Shown here piece after piece: positions 44,446 through 53,035 of a stretch of DNA of 64,000 nucleotides (positions within the stretch are counted from its first letter, which is position 1; the number at the start of each line of letters is the position of its first letter). The notes beneath the pieces were generated by a model. It was given only the letters and a program-made list of their open reading frames with translations. It searched no databases and had not been told where the DNA came from. The translations under genes were made by a program, and so were the position numbers. This stretch comes from Syntrophobacterales bacterium (GTDB lineage Bacteria; Desulfobacterota; Desulfobaccia; Desulfobaccales; 0-14-0-80-60-11). The DNA is taken from the NCBI GenBank assembly GCA_020060385.1, contig JAGVAH010000157.1, forward strand, positions 4,586 through 68,585, written 5' to 3'.

Positions 44446-44658
44446 AAAAAAGAGCTGCCCGTGGCCAATGGTACTTCAGAGTGCATAGTATGCCTGTTGA
44501 ACTGTATTGTTTACCCCCCCGTTTCTAAAGGGGCAGGGGTGATTTTAATAACCCATTGAAAATCATAGCAAATCCCCTTTATAAAGGCGATTATCCACTT
44601 TTTTCCAGTAGGTATCGCCCGGAGAAGGGGATATGGGGCGAAAAGTAGTTGTAATAGG

Positions 44659-45645
44659 TTATGTGCGTTCATTATACATATATTTTTCGCAAATATGGAA
44701 ATCGGCAATCAAGTAACGAAATTCACAACAAAAGGTAGTTTGATGAATATTTTGGAAAACATTCTCATATTCAACACGACCGACACAAAGTAAGTCTGGG
44801 TTGCCGGAATCCAAAAAATATTGTTGTTCGATTGGACCAACATAAAAAGAGAATAAAAAAGTTTTATCTTTGCCGCTCTCAATAATTTCACCCTCATTAG
44901 GGATAACAGATTTAATTCTCCAGTAGTTAGTAAAAAAATCAACAACATTACTAGTAGTATAAATATCAATCTTATAATGAAAACTCTTGATAATAGCAGG
45001 TGTTTTCCCGTGATTAACTATTCTGACAATAGCTTTATAATCTCCAGACAATCCTTCTGTCATTATTCTCTTAATTTCGGTAGAACCTTTTTGAAACTTA
45101 TCAAATTCAACATAAACAAAAATATAAGCCCTATCTTGGTTGCGCATGACATTTGCAGTTTCTCTTGTAGCATAAACAGCTTTTTCGGCGGCATCGGCAG
45201 ATTTTTGGGCAATAGCAAGAGAAGTTTCCATATGTTTGGACTGTTCTTGCGTAACTTTTAAAAGGCCATCAGTAACCTTAAGGGTTCCTCGTAAAATGCG
45301 GACTTGAAGCCATCCGACTATTACCAGACCGAGAGTAAACAAGGCAAGCAAAGCATCGGTAAAGCTAAAATTCCACCAAGAGGCATTCTCTTTTTTGCCA
45401 CTCTTTTTATGTTCATAATCTTTAACCTCTTTCAATGGTGGGGATGGTGCAGGATTGACAATGATTGGCAGCGTAGTTGGAGAATGATTTTGGGTTTCGG
45501 GATTTTTCTTACTTTCGGTAGCCTTGCTGTCCTCTTGTTTGGTGGGGGGATTGTAAATGACTGGTGATTGATCTGCTTCTCCGGTGGCGGTTGGCAGAGA
45601 ACTAATTATTATAATGGTGAGTATGAAAACCGACTTGATTATCAT
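44659..45645 (-). CDS. AT-rich hypothetical membrane protein (probable horizontally acquired ORF)
   Basis: 328 aa. Composition is strikingly AT-rich against the GC-rich background. N-terminal hydrophobic segment, Pro/Lys-rich linker, second TM (FTDALLALFTLGLVIVGWLQV), unassigned C-terminal ~200 aa (IFVYVEFDKFQKGSTEIKRIMTEGLSGDYKAIVRIVNHGKTPAIIKSFHY..). Confidence 0.6.
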   Translation of the reverse strand: MIIKSVFILTIIIISSLPTATGEADQSPVIYNPPTKQEDSKATESKKNPETQNHSPTTLPIIVNPAPSPPLKEVKDYEHKKSGKKENASWWNFSFTDALLALFTLGLVIVGWLQVRILRGTLKVTDGLLKVTQEQSKHMETSLAIAQKSADAAEKAVYATRETANVMRNQDRAYIFVYVEFDKFQKGSTEIKRIMTEGLSGDYKAIVRIVNHGKTPAIIKSFHYKIDIYTTSNVVDFFTNYWRIKSVIPNEGEIIESGKDKTFLFSFYVGPIEQQYFLDSGNPDLLCVGRVEYENVFQNIHQTTFCCEFRYLIADFHICEKYMYNERT

Positions 45646-45750
45646 AACCCCATCGCCGCCCTAAAAATATCCACTTGTGTCAAGAGGTAGATAATCCCCA
45701 TATATTAAAGGGGGACTCAAAAGAAGAAAAATCCAATTTTTGCCTTTTTT

Positions 45751-45788
45751 AAAAGCTGAAAGCTGACCGCTGAAAGCTGACAGCTTTT
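45751..45788. repeat. CAGCTNT array (right arm of the split hairpin)
   Basis: aaaagctgaaagctgaccgctgaaagctgacagctttt. Its reverse complement matches 44414-44445 around the shared core cagcggtcagct. Confidence 0.75.
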
Positions 45789-46757
45789 CTAACTGAATTG
45801 GCCCCGGAGGTAGGCCTCCTGGAAGCGGGAACCGGTCCCTTTGGGAACTTGCAGGCGGTAGGTGCCCGGAGACAGGGTGGTCCCTTTGATCCAGGGGTTG
45901 AGGCGTTTGATGGTCTTATAATAGGTGCCGCAGGCGTCAGCCAGGGCCTTGACCCGCACCTCCTTGGTGACGGTGAAGTCCACGGTATCGTTGTCCAGGG
46001 GCGGATAAAGCTGGTCCTGGGGGATGTCAAAGCCATAGCGGCCCGGAGACTCCAGGAGGATCTTGGCGGCGAGGATGCGATGGACGTAACGCTCCGTCTC
46101 CTCCGGCAGGGCCAGGTGGTAATAGTCCCTTACCCCCTGGGCGGCCATTTCTCTCTGCACCCGGCCCTCCCCGCAGTTATACGCGGCCAGGGCCAGGGTC
46201 CAGTTGTTAAAGAGGCGGTGCAACTGGCTGAGGTAGCGCAGGGCCGCGTCCGTGGCCGCCAGGAAATCCAGGCGCTCGTCCATGGAGTCGTTGGCCTTGA
46301 GATGAAAACGCTGGGCCGTGGGGGGGATGAATTGCCAGATGCCCTTGGCCCCCGCGGAAGAACGGGCCCTGGGCCGGAAATCGCTTTCCGCCACGGCCAC
46401 GTACTTCAGGTCCGGGGGCAGCCGCTGGGCCATGATTTTCCGCTGGATCTCCGGGAAATAGCGGTGGGCCCTTTTCAGCCACATGGTGGTCTGGGCTCGG
46501 CTCCAGACGACGATGGTGAATTCACGGTCCAGGTCCTCCCGGACCGCAGGGTCGTTAAGGGGCACGGGTTCGCCGCAGAGGGAAATCTTCTCTGGCACCC
46601 GGAAATAGGGCCAGGGGAAGGTCTGGGGGGGCTCCGCGGGGGGCGGGGCCGGGGGCGGAGAGGGGCCTACCCCCAGGGCCAGACTGGCCAAAAGCAGCGC
46701 CACAATCACAAACATATAAGTACCCAGACCATATTTTGGTGGTAACCTGGTATGCAT
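45789..46757 (-). CDS. Lytic murein transglycosylase (SLT domain)
   Basis: 322 aa with an N-terminal signal/TM. SLT motifs AVAESDFRPRARSSAGAKGIWQFIPPTAQRF and LAAYNCGEGRVQRE. Confidence 0.8.
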   Translation of the reverse strand: MHTRLPPKYGLGTYMFVIVALLLASLALGVGPSPPPAPPPAEPPQTFPWPYFRVPEKISLCGEPVPLNDPAVREDLDREFTIVVWSRAQTTMWLKRAHRYFPEIQRKIMAQRLPPDLKYVAVAESDFRPRARSSAGAKGIWQFIPPTAQRFHLKANDSMDERLDFLAATDAALRYLSQLHRLFNNWTLALAAYNCGEGRVQREMAAQGVRDYYHLALPEETERYVHRILAAKILLESPGRYGFDIPQDQLYPPLDNDTVDFTVTKEVRVKALADACGTYYKTIKRLNPWIKGTTLSPGTYRLQVPKGTGSRFQEAYLRGQFS

Positions 46758-47039
46758 TTACTGTAGCGGCTTCCATCTGTCAAGTCCAGGTTGATGTCGC
46801 CAGGCTAAGCAGAATGCTGAGGTCTGCCCTGAATCTGCAAAAAAGTCCTTTTTCTGCGAAAACTATGCTAACTTGCGGATAAGGAGAGGATCCGGATTTA
46901 AAAACAGAGACCATGGGGCCTTTTCCCCAGACAAAGAGGTATTCAAAATCATTTTTTGGATGTGGTGGCCGAGGCTGCCCCTTAATTTCAGGTTCCAGGC
47001 AACAGGCTTCCAGGGACTTTTCTTCAGGAGGAGATGCAC

Positions 47040-47846
47040 ATGAACGGCAAGAGATGGGCAATAATCCTGGTTCTGGGCGCAGTTGTTCTGAACCTCGGGG
47101 TCCGGCCGGTCTTGGCCCGAAAAACCGTCATTGCCGACCACCTGGCCCCGGCGGCCTATTCCTCTATTCCCGACAAGTACATCCAGCAGGCCATTTCGCG
47201 GTTTAACCTCTATTACGGCCACACCTCCCACGGCAGCCAAATCGTCACCGGTCTGGAAATGCTGCAGGATGCCACGCACTTTTTCTACCCCGCGGAAGAA
47301 ACGGGGCCTGACCTGGGCTACTATCCCGATTGGGTCAACATCACCCGAACGCGCCTCAATCAACCCGGCAACGACATCAATATGGTGATGTGGTCCTGGT
47401 GCGGCCAGGTATCAGGGAGCAGCCAGGAAGAGATCGATACCTATCTTCAGGCCATGAATCAGTTGGAACAGGATTTCCCCCAGGTGATCTTCATCTATAT
47501 GACTGGGCATACCGATGGGTCCGGCATCGACGGCAACCTCAACGTGCGCAATAACCAGATTCGGGATTATTGCCGGAGAAACGGCAAAGTCCTCTTCGAC
47601 TTTGCCGACATCGAGAGCTGGAATCCGGCCGGCACCCATTTCCCCGATACCAGCGACGACTGCGGCTGGTGCAGCGACTGGTGCACCAGCCATACCTGCC
47701 CCGACTGCGGCGACTGCGCCCATTCCCATTGTTTGAACTGCTACCTCAAGGGTAAGGCCTTCTATTGGCTCTTAGCACGATTGGCGGGTTGGAACCCTGG
47801 TGGCAAAGGCGCGGTGGCCGCCCCTGTCCTGCTGCTCTCGGATTAA
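47040..47846 (+). CDS. Secreted hypothetical protein with a Cys-rich C-terminal segment
   Basis: Start at ATG 47040 (AGGAGG 8 nt upstream). Signal peptide WAIILVLGAVVLNLGVRPVLA. Conserved-looking His blocks YYGHTSHGSQ, MWSWCGQ, YMTGHTDG. Cys cluster CGWCSDWCTSHTCPDCGDCAHSHCLNC. Hydrophobic tail AVAAPVLLLSD. Confidence 0.6.
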   Translation: MNGKRWAIILVLGAVVLNLGVRPVLARKTVIADHLAPAAYSSIPDKYIQQAISRFNLYYGHTSHGSQIVTGLEMLQDATHFFYPAEETGPDLGYYPDWVNITRTRLNQPGNDINMVMWSWCGQVSGSSQEEIDTYLQAMNQLEQDFPQVIFIYMTGHTDGSGIDGNLNVRNNQIRDYCRRNGKVLFDFADIESWNPAGTHFPDTSDDCGWCSDWCTSHTCPDCGDCAHSHCLNCYLKGKAFYWLLARLAGWNPGGKGAVAAPVLLLSD

Positions 47847-47856
47847 AGTATACAAG

Positions 47857-47886
47857 GGCGGGAAAGCGCAGCGCATCCCGCCTTTT
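47857..47886 (+). terminator. Rho-independent terminator
   Basis: GGCGGGA (47857-47863) pairs with TCCCGCC (47876-47882), followed by TTTT. A third segment GGCGGGATGCG (47911-47921) can pair alternatively with 47871-47882. Confidence 0.55.
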
Positions 47887-48009
47887 AGCTGGATATCCTC
47901 GATTGCCGAAGGCGGGATGCGTTTCACTTTCCCACCCTACAGCCTTTAAAACTATTGCATTTCAAGGGAAAAATACTTGACATAACCGGGTATTTATGCG
48001 AAATAATCT

Positions 48010-48152
48010 GCTGAATTACCATTCAGAGGATAACGTCTGGCTGGGGAGATTTGAGGAGTAACACGGCAGCAGATCCGTGAACCAATTTTTTATGTAAGAC
48101 TTAAACGGCATCTCGGAGAGCCCCTTGTGACGCCCGAGGTGCCTTTTTATTT
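48010..48152 (+). ncRNA. Candidate small RNA or thrS leader/attenuator (unclassified)
   Basis: TTGACA at 47977-47982 with AT-rich -10 candidates (AATAAT 48002-48007, 19-nt spacer). Hairpin CTGAAT-TACC-ATTCAG (48011-48026). Ends at a strong intrinsic terminator at 48107-48152. No ORF of note and no match to an RNA family I recognise. Confidence 0.3.
48107..48152 (+). terminator. Strong Rho-independent terminator 155 nt upstream of thrS
   Basis: 10-bp stem GGCATCTCGG (48107-48116) / CCGAGGTGCC (48134-48143, one G-U pair), 17-nt loop, then TTTTTATTTATT. Confidence 0.65.
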
Positions 48153-48254
48153 ATTGGGGAGTTATTCTCGGGCCTTAGGCCCAGCCATAAACCATGATAA
48201 TTTCTCAGGCTGGGGTCCCCGTTAATCCGCACAGGCTGGAAAGACTGTGCCACC

Positions 48255-48294
48255 GCTTTGAACTTTGAACTTTGAACCTTAAACTTTGAACTTT
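48255..48294. repeat. CTTTGAAC tandem octamer array
   Basis: ctttgaactttgaactttgaaccttaaactttgaactttg, ending 13 nt before the thrS ATG. Inverted orientation relative to 44389, 52717 and 59712. Confidence 0.8.
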
Positions 48295-48307
48295 GCAGGG
48301 CAGTCGC

Positions 48308-50227
48308 ATGATTAAAATCCATCTGGAGAGCGGACCGACCCGGGAGGAGCCCGAGGGCGTCACCGTGGCCCAGGCCCTTAAGGACCTGGGAGTGGCCACG
48401 GACCATCAGGCCGTGGCCGCTGCAGTCGACGGGGAGCTGCTGGACCTGGCCCACTCCCTGGACCGGGACTGCACCCTGGCCCCGGTTTGGCTGGATTCCC
48501 CCCAGGGGCTGGAGATCATGCGCCACAGCGCCGCGCACGTGATGGCGGAAGCGGTCCGTTCCCTCTTCCCGGGAGTGAAGGTGGCCATCGGTCCGGCCAT
48601 TGAAGCGGGTTTTTATTACGATTTTGACGTACCGGAGCCTTTCACCCCGGAAGACCTGGCCAAGATTGAAGAGAAAATGGCCCTGCTGGTGAACCAGGAC
48701 CTGCCCTTCGAGCGCCGGGAAGTCTCCATGGAGGAAGCCCTGCGCCTTTTTCGGGAGCAGGGAGAGGCCTATAAGGTGGAGATCCTGGAGGAGATTCCCG
48801 CCGACCAGGTCAGCCTCTATCGCCAGGGGGATTTCGTGGACCTCTGCCGGGGTCCCCACGTGCCCTCCACCGGTTATATAAAAGCCTTCAAGCTCACCGC
48901 CATTTCCGGGGCTTACTGGCGGGGGGACGAACGCCGGCCCATGCTGCAGCGGCTGTACGGCACCGCGTTTCCCACTGCCGAGGAACTTACCAGGCACCTG
49001 GAACTCCTGGAGGAGGCCAAGCGCCGGGACCATCGCCGTCTGGGCCGGGAGTTGGGGCTCTTCCTCATCGAAGAGGAAGCCGGGCCGGGTTTGGTGATCT
49101 ACCTGCCCAAGGGTGCCATGCTCCGGAGCATCATCGAAGATTTCGAGCGCCGGGAGCACTTGAAAAGGGGCTACCAGATGGTCATGGGCCCCCAGATGCT
49201 CAAGGCCGACCTCTGGAAACGCTCGGGCCATTGGGACAACTACCGGGACCACATGTACTTCTGCGACGTGGAAGGGCAGGGCTACGGGGTCAAACCCATG
49301 AACTGCGTGGCCCACATGCTCATCTACAAATCCCGGGTGCGCTCCTACCGGGAGCTGCCCCTGCGCTTTTTTGAATTGGGCACGGTGCTGCGCCACGAGC
49401 GCTCCGGAGTGCTCCACGGCTTGACCCGGGTGCGCCAGTTCACCCAGGACGACGCCCATATCATCTGCACCCCGGAGCAGGTGGAAAGCGAAATCCAGGG
49501 AGTGCTGGACTTCGTCTTTGAGGTCATGGGCATATTTGGCTTCCAGTACGAAGTGGAGCTGTCCACCCGGCCGGAGAAGTCCATCGGTTCTGACGCGGAA
49601 TGGGAGTTGGCCAACAACGCCCTCCATAACGCCCTCAATGCCAAGGGCATACCCTACAGCATCTGCGAAGGGGAAGGCGCGTTCTACGGCCCCAAGATCG
49701 ACATCAAACTCAAGGACGCGCTGCAGCGCCGCTGGCAGTGCGCCACCATTCAATGCGACTTCACCCTGCCGGAGCGCTTCGACCTCACCTATGTGGCCGC
49801 GGACGGGCAGCGCCACCGCCCGGTGATGTTGCACCGGGTGATCCTGGGGTCTTTAGAGCGCTTTATGGGCGTTTTGGTGGAGCACTACGCGGGCGCGTTC
49901 CCGGTGTGGCTGGCCCCGGTGCAGGTCATCCTGCTGCCCATCACCGACCGGGTGCATGCTTACGCCCAGGAGGTGGAGGGGCTGATGCGGGCCGGAGGCC
50001 TGCGGGTGGAACTGGACAGCCGCCCGGAGACCCTGCGTTATAAAATCCGGGAAGCCCAACTCCAGAAAATCCCCTATATGGTGGTCATCGGCGACCGGGA
50101 GGCCGCGAATCGCACTTTGTCGCCCCGGTTGCGGGATGGCACGGAGTGGAAGGATATGACTTTGGAAACCTTTATCGAGCGGGTGCAGGAGGAAGGCCGC
50201 ATTCCCACTCCTGCCAAATTCCCATAA
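48308..50227 (+). CDS. thrS: Threonyl-tRNA synthetase
   Basis: Start at ATG 48308 ([12 protein letters not shown] domain). ORF-track TTG 48293 lies inside the repeat. Editing domain, [13 protein letters not shown], class II core and anticodon-binding domain are present. Confidence 0.95.
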   Translation: MIKIHLESGPTREEPEGVTVAQALKDLGVATDHQAVAAAVDGELLDLAHSLDRDCTLAPVWLDSPQGLEIMRHSAAHVMAEAVRSLFPGVKVAIGPAIEAGFYYDFDVPEPFTPEDLAKIEEKMALLVNQDLPFERREVSMEEALRLFREQGEAYKVEILEEIPADQVSLYRQGDFVDLCRGPHVPSTGYIKAFKLTAISGAYWRGDERRPMLQRLYGTAFPTAEELTRHLELLEEAKRRDHRRLGRELGLFLIEEEAGPGLVIYLPKGAMLRSIIEDFERREHLKRGYQMVMGPQMLKADLWKRSGHWDNYRDHMYFCDVEGQGYGVKPMNCVAHMLIYKSRVRSYRELPLRFFELGTVLRHERSGVLHGLTRVRQFTQDDAHIICTPEQVESEIQGVLDFVFEVMGIFGFQYEVELSTRPEKSIGSDAEWELANNALHNALNAKGIPYSICEGEGAFYGPKIDIKLKDALQRRWQCATIQCDFTLPERFDLTYVAADGQRHRPVMLHRVILGSLERFMGVLVEHYAGAFPVWLAPVQVILLPITDRVHAYAQEVEGLMRAGGLRVELDSRPETLRYKIREAQLQKIPYMVVIGDREAANRTLSPRLRDGTEWKDMTLETFIERVQEEGRIPTPAKFP

Positions 50228-50237
50228 ATTCCAGGAG

Positions 50238-50756
50238 GTGACGGCCATCCAGAAGCAGCGCGTGAGGATCAACGAGCAGATCAAGGTTCCCGAGGTGCGC
50301 CTGATCGCGGCCGATGGGCAGCAGGTCGGCGTCATGCCCACCAAGGAGGCCCTGGCCCGGGCCACGGAGGCCAACCTGGATCTGGTGGAAGTGGCTCCCC
50401 AAGCCACCCCCCCGGTCTGCCGCATCATGGATTATGGCAAGTACAAGTACCAGCAGAGCAAAAAACAGCAGGAAGCCAGGCGGCGGCAGACCACCATCCA
50501 GGTAAAAGAGATCAAGGTGCGCCCCAAGATCGAAGAACACGATATGGCCTTTAAGATGCGCAACGCCCGGCGCTTTTTGTCCGAAGGGGATAAGGTCAAA
50601 ATTTCCGTAATCTTCCGGGGCCGGGAGATAGCCCATACCGACCGGGGCTTCCGCTTGCTGGCCCAGATTTCGGAAACCCTGGGGGATATCGCCACGGTGG
50701 AGCAGCATCCCAAACTGGAAGGCCGGAACCTGAGTATGATCGTCTCTCCCAAATAA
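50238..50756 (+). CDS. infC: Translation initiation factor IF-3
   Basis: RINEQIKVPEVRLIAADGQQVGVM, VCRIMDYGKYKYQ, VKEIKVRPKIEEHD. The annotated GTG 50238 overlaps the AGGAGG SD. ATC 50247 (8 nt after the SD) is the likelier, non-canonical start. Confidence 0.9.
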   Translation: MTAIQKQRVRINEQIKVPEVRLIAADGQQVGVMPTKEALARATEANLDLVEVAPQATPPVCRIMDYGKYKYQQSKKQQEARRRQTTIQVKEIKVRPKIEEHDMAFKMRNARRFLSEGDKVKISVIFRGREIAHTDRGFRLLAQISETLGDIATVEQHPKLEGRNLSMIVSPK

Positions 50757-50762
50757 AAGATA

Positions 50763-50900
50763 GTTTTCTGTTTTCTGTTTCCGGTTTTCTGTTAAAACAA
50801 TACAGAAACCATCCCCGGCGCGGGATATCGCCGGCTTTTTGATATGAAAAGCAGGCTTTTTCTCTTACAGAAAACAGAAAACTGAAAACTGAAAACAGAG
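50763..50900. repeat. TTCTGTT-type long hairpin element between infC and rpmI
   Basis: Left arm gttttctgttttctgtttccggttttctgtt (50763-50793). Right arm acagaaaacagaaaactgaaaactgaaaacagag (50867-50900) is the reverse complement. The centre contains a terminator-like hairpin. Confidence 0.8.
50815..50840 (+). terminator. Terminator-like hairpin inside the infC-rpmI spacer
   Basis: CCGGCG (50815-50820), 8-nt loop, CGCCGG (50829-50834), then CTTTTT. Confidence 0.4.
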
Positions 50901-50908
50901 GTTAAAGT

Positions 50909-51106
50909 ATGCCTAAGATGAAAACCCACAAGGGCGCGGCCAAGCGTTTCAGCGCCACCGGCAGCGGCCGTTTGAAACGGAAAAGACCGAATTTGCGCCA
51001 CATCTTGACCAGCAAGTCCCGGAAGCGCAAACGGCAACTGCGGCAGCCGGATTATTTTGCGGCGGCCGATGAAAAGAACATGAAACAATTGTTACCTTAT
51101 CTGTGA
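50909..51106 (+). CDS. rpmI: 50S ribosomal protein L35
   Basis: 65 aa: [26 protein letters not shown]. Confidence 0.95.
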   Translation: MPKMKTHKGAAKRFSATGSGRLKRKRPNLRHILTSKSRKRKRQLRQPDYFAAADEKNMKQLLPYL

Positions 51107-51120
51107 AATAGGAGCACCCC

Positions 51121-51474
51121 ATGCCTCGTGTGAAAAAAAGTGTGGCCTCCCGGGCCCGGCGCAAGAAATTTTTGAAAATGGCCAGCGGCTACCGCAGTGG
51201 CCGCCGCCGTCTCTACCGCTCCGCCCGGGAAGCCGTGGAAAAGGCCTTGACGTTTGCCTACCGGGACCGCAAGGTCCGGAAACGGGAGTTCCGGGCTCTG
51301 TGGATCGTCCGCATCAATGCCGCGCTTCGCCCCCTGGACATGTCTTACAGCAAGTTTATGGGAGGTTTGAAAAAGGCCCAGATCAATCTGGACCGCAAGG
51401 CCCTGGCGGATTTGGCCCTCTTCGACCCCGCGGGCTTCGCCCGGGTGGCGGAACTCTCCAAGCAGGCCATGTAA
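51121..51474 (+). CDS. rplT: 50S ribosomal protein L20
   Basis: 117 aa: [66 protein letters not shown]. Confidence 0.95.
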   Translation: MPRVKKSVASRARRKKFLKMASGYRSGRRRLYRSAREAVEKALTFAYRDRKVRKREFRALWIVRINAALRPLDMSYSKFMGGLKKAQINLDRKALADLALFDPAGFARVAELSKQAM

Positions 51475-51677
51475 GCTGTCAGCTCTCAGCTGTCAGCCTT
51501 CAGCTTAAAGAAAAAATCTTGGAGATTTACTAAGGTCCTATGCTTTCTTCTGGTGCCCAAGTGCAGCTTGGGAAACATTGGAGTAAAGCCAAACTTTATT
51601 GTTAGTTACAATACATTTCTCACAATTGTTCTCAGCTTTTTCAAAGCTGATAGCTAACCGCTGACAGCTGAAAGCTA
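51475..51677. repeat. CAGCTNT-type long hairpin element between rplT and pheS
   Basis: Left arm gctgtcagctctcagctgtcagccttcagct (51475-51505). AT-rich ~130-nt centre with hairpin cccaag-tgcag-cttggg. Right arm agctgatagctaaccgctgacagctgaaagc (51645-51675). It abuts both the rplT stop and the pheS start. Confidence 0.8.
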
Positions 51678-51680
51678 ACC

Positions 51681-52700
51681 ATGACCTTCAAAGACCGAGA
51701 GATCCAGGAACTTCAGGAAGTTGGCCTGAAAGAGATTCGGGCCGCGGCGAACCCGGAGGTATTGGAAGGTCTGCGGGTCAAGTACCTGGGCCGTAAGGGG
51801 GCCCTGACCCAGATACTGCGCAGCCTGGGGCAGATGGACCCCCAGGCGCGGCGCCGCCTCGGCCAGGAGGCCAATACCGTCAAGCAAACCCTGGAAGAGG
51901 CCCTGGCCCAAGCCTTGGCCGCGATCAAAGAGGCGGCCCGCCGGGCCGCGGGCCCGGTGCTCGACGTCACCCTGCCGGGCCGCCGCCATCCCCGGGGCCG
52001 TCTCCACCCCCTCACCCAGGTCAACCGGGAGGTGTGCGACATCTTCCTGCACCTGGGCTTCGAGACCGTGGAAGGCCCGGAGGTGGAGCTGGATTACTAC
52101 AACTTCGAGGCCCTGAATATCCCCGCGGACCATCCGGCCCGGGACATGCAGGACACCTTTTACTTCAACGACAGGGTGCTGCTCCGCACCCACACCTCCC
52201 CCATGCAGATCCGGGTCATGGAAAAGCGGCAGCCGCCGGTCCGGGTCATTGCCCCCGGGCGGGTCTACCGCCGGGACTCCGATCTGACCCACACCCCCAT
52301 GTTCCACCAGGTGGAGGGCCTGCTGGTGGATAAAGGCGTGACCTTTGCGGATCTCAAGGGCGTGCTCACCGCGTTCCTCCATGAGATGTTCGGCCCGGAG
52401 GTGGGGGTGCGCTTCCGCCCCAGCTATTTTCCCTTCACCGAACCCAGCGCGGAAGTGGACATAGAGTGCGTCATCTGCCGGGGGGAAGGCTGCCGGGTCT
52501 GCAAGGTAACCGGCTGGCTGGAAGTCCTGGGCTCCGGCATGGTGCATCCCGCGGTCTTCGAGGCCGTGGGCTACGACCCGGAAGTCTACAACGGCTTTGC
52601 CTTCGGCCTGGGCATTGAGCGCATCGCCATGCTCAAGTACGGCATCGACGACATCCGCCTCTTCTTCGAAAACGACCTGCGGTTCTTAAGACAATTCTAA
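51681..52700 (+). CDS. pheS: Phenylalanyl-tRNA synthetase alpha subunit
   Basis: 339 aa: [54 protein letters not shown]. Confidence 0.95.
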   Translation: MTFKDREIQELQEVGLKEIRAAANPEVLEGLRVKYLGRKGALTQILRSLGQMDPQARRRLGQEANTVKQTLEEALAQALAAIKEAARRAAGPVLDVTLPGRRHPRGRLHPLTQVNREVCDIFLHLGFETVEGPEVELDYYNFEALNIPADHPARDMQDTFYFNDRVLLRTHTSPMQIRVMEKRQPPVRVIAPGRVYRRDSDLTHTPMFHQVEGLLVDKGVTFADLKGVLTAFLHEMFGPEVGVRFRPSYFPFTEPSAEVDIECVICRGEGCRVCKVTGWLEVLGSGMVHPAVFEAVGYDPEVYNGFAFGLGIERIAMLKYGIDDIRLFFENDLRFLRQF

Positions 52701-52716
52701 GATCAGCCCTGTCCTG

Positions 52717-52751
52717 AAAAGTTCAAAGTTCAAGGTTCAAGGTTCCAAGTT
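52717..52751. repeat. GTTCAARG tandem octamer array
   Basis: aaaagttcaaagttcaaggttcaaggttccaagtt, 17 nt after the pheS stop. Confidence 0.8.
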
Positions 52752-52778
52752 AAGAGCTTTGCGAACGTCCTGATAATT

Positions 52779-52871
52779 TGTCATTCTGAGGGAGCGGAGC
52801 GACCGAAGAATCTCAGAGATACCAAGGAAATACGAGATTCTTCACTCCGCTGCGCTCCGTTCAGAATGACA
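52779..52871. repeat. GTCATTCTGAG-type palindromic MITE-like element (copy 2, 93 bp)
   Basis: tgtcattctgagggagcggagcgaccgaagaatctc..gagattcttcactccgctgcgctccgttcagaatgaca. Confidence 0.75.
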
Positions 52872-53035
52872 GAGGAGACACTTTTGCAGAGGTCTAGAAA
52901 TTGTATAAGAGATAAGGCCGCGGCCATGGGCAGCCTCGGCGGTAGGGGGCTGGTTTTAAGAGAAATGATTGGTATTAGGTAAGCCGGATTTGTTATCTTC
53001 TCAGGGAGGCATTTACCGATGAGAAAGAGGAAGCC

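Noticed and set aside
47990-48300. T-box riboswitch upstream of thrS
   Set aside because: No T-box consensus (AANNNGGGUGGNACCGCG-like) or specifier-loop/K-turn features could be found by eye. The organism looks Gram-negative, where T-boxes are rare.
48101-49834. 577-aa minus-strand ORF. Similar cases: 54781-56358 (+), 60033-61160 (+), 14940-16640 (-), 16821-17819 (-), 17823-18914 (-), 43536-44345 (+), 45798-46745 (+)
   Set aside because: All lie antisense to strongly supported genes (thrS, glgB, glgE, ORF A, mtaD, transglycosylase). They have Gly/His/Pro/Gln-rich, motif-free translations, so they are shadow ORFs.
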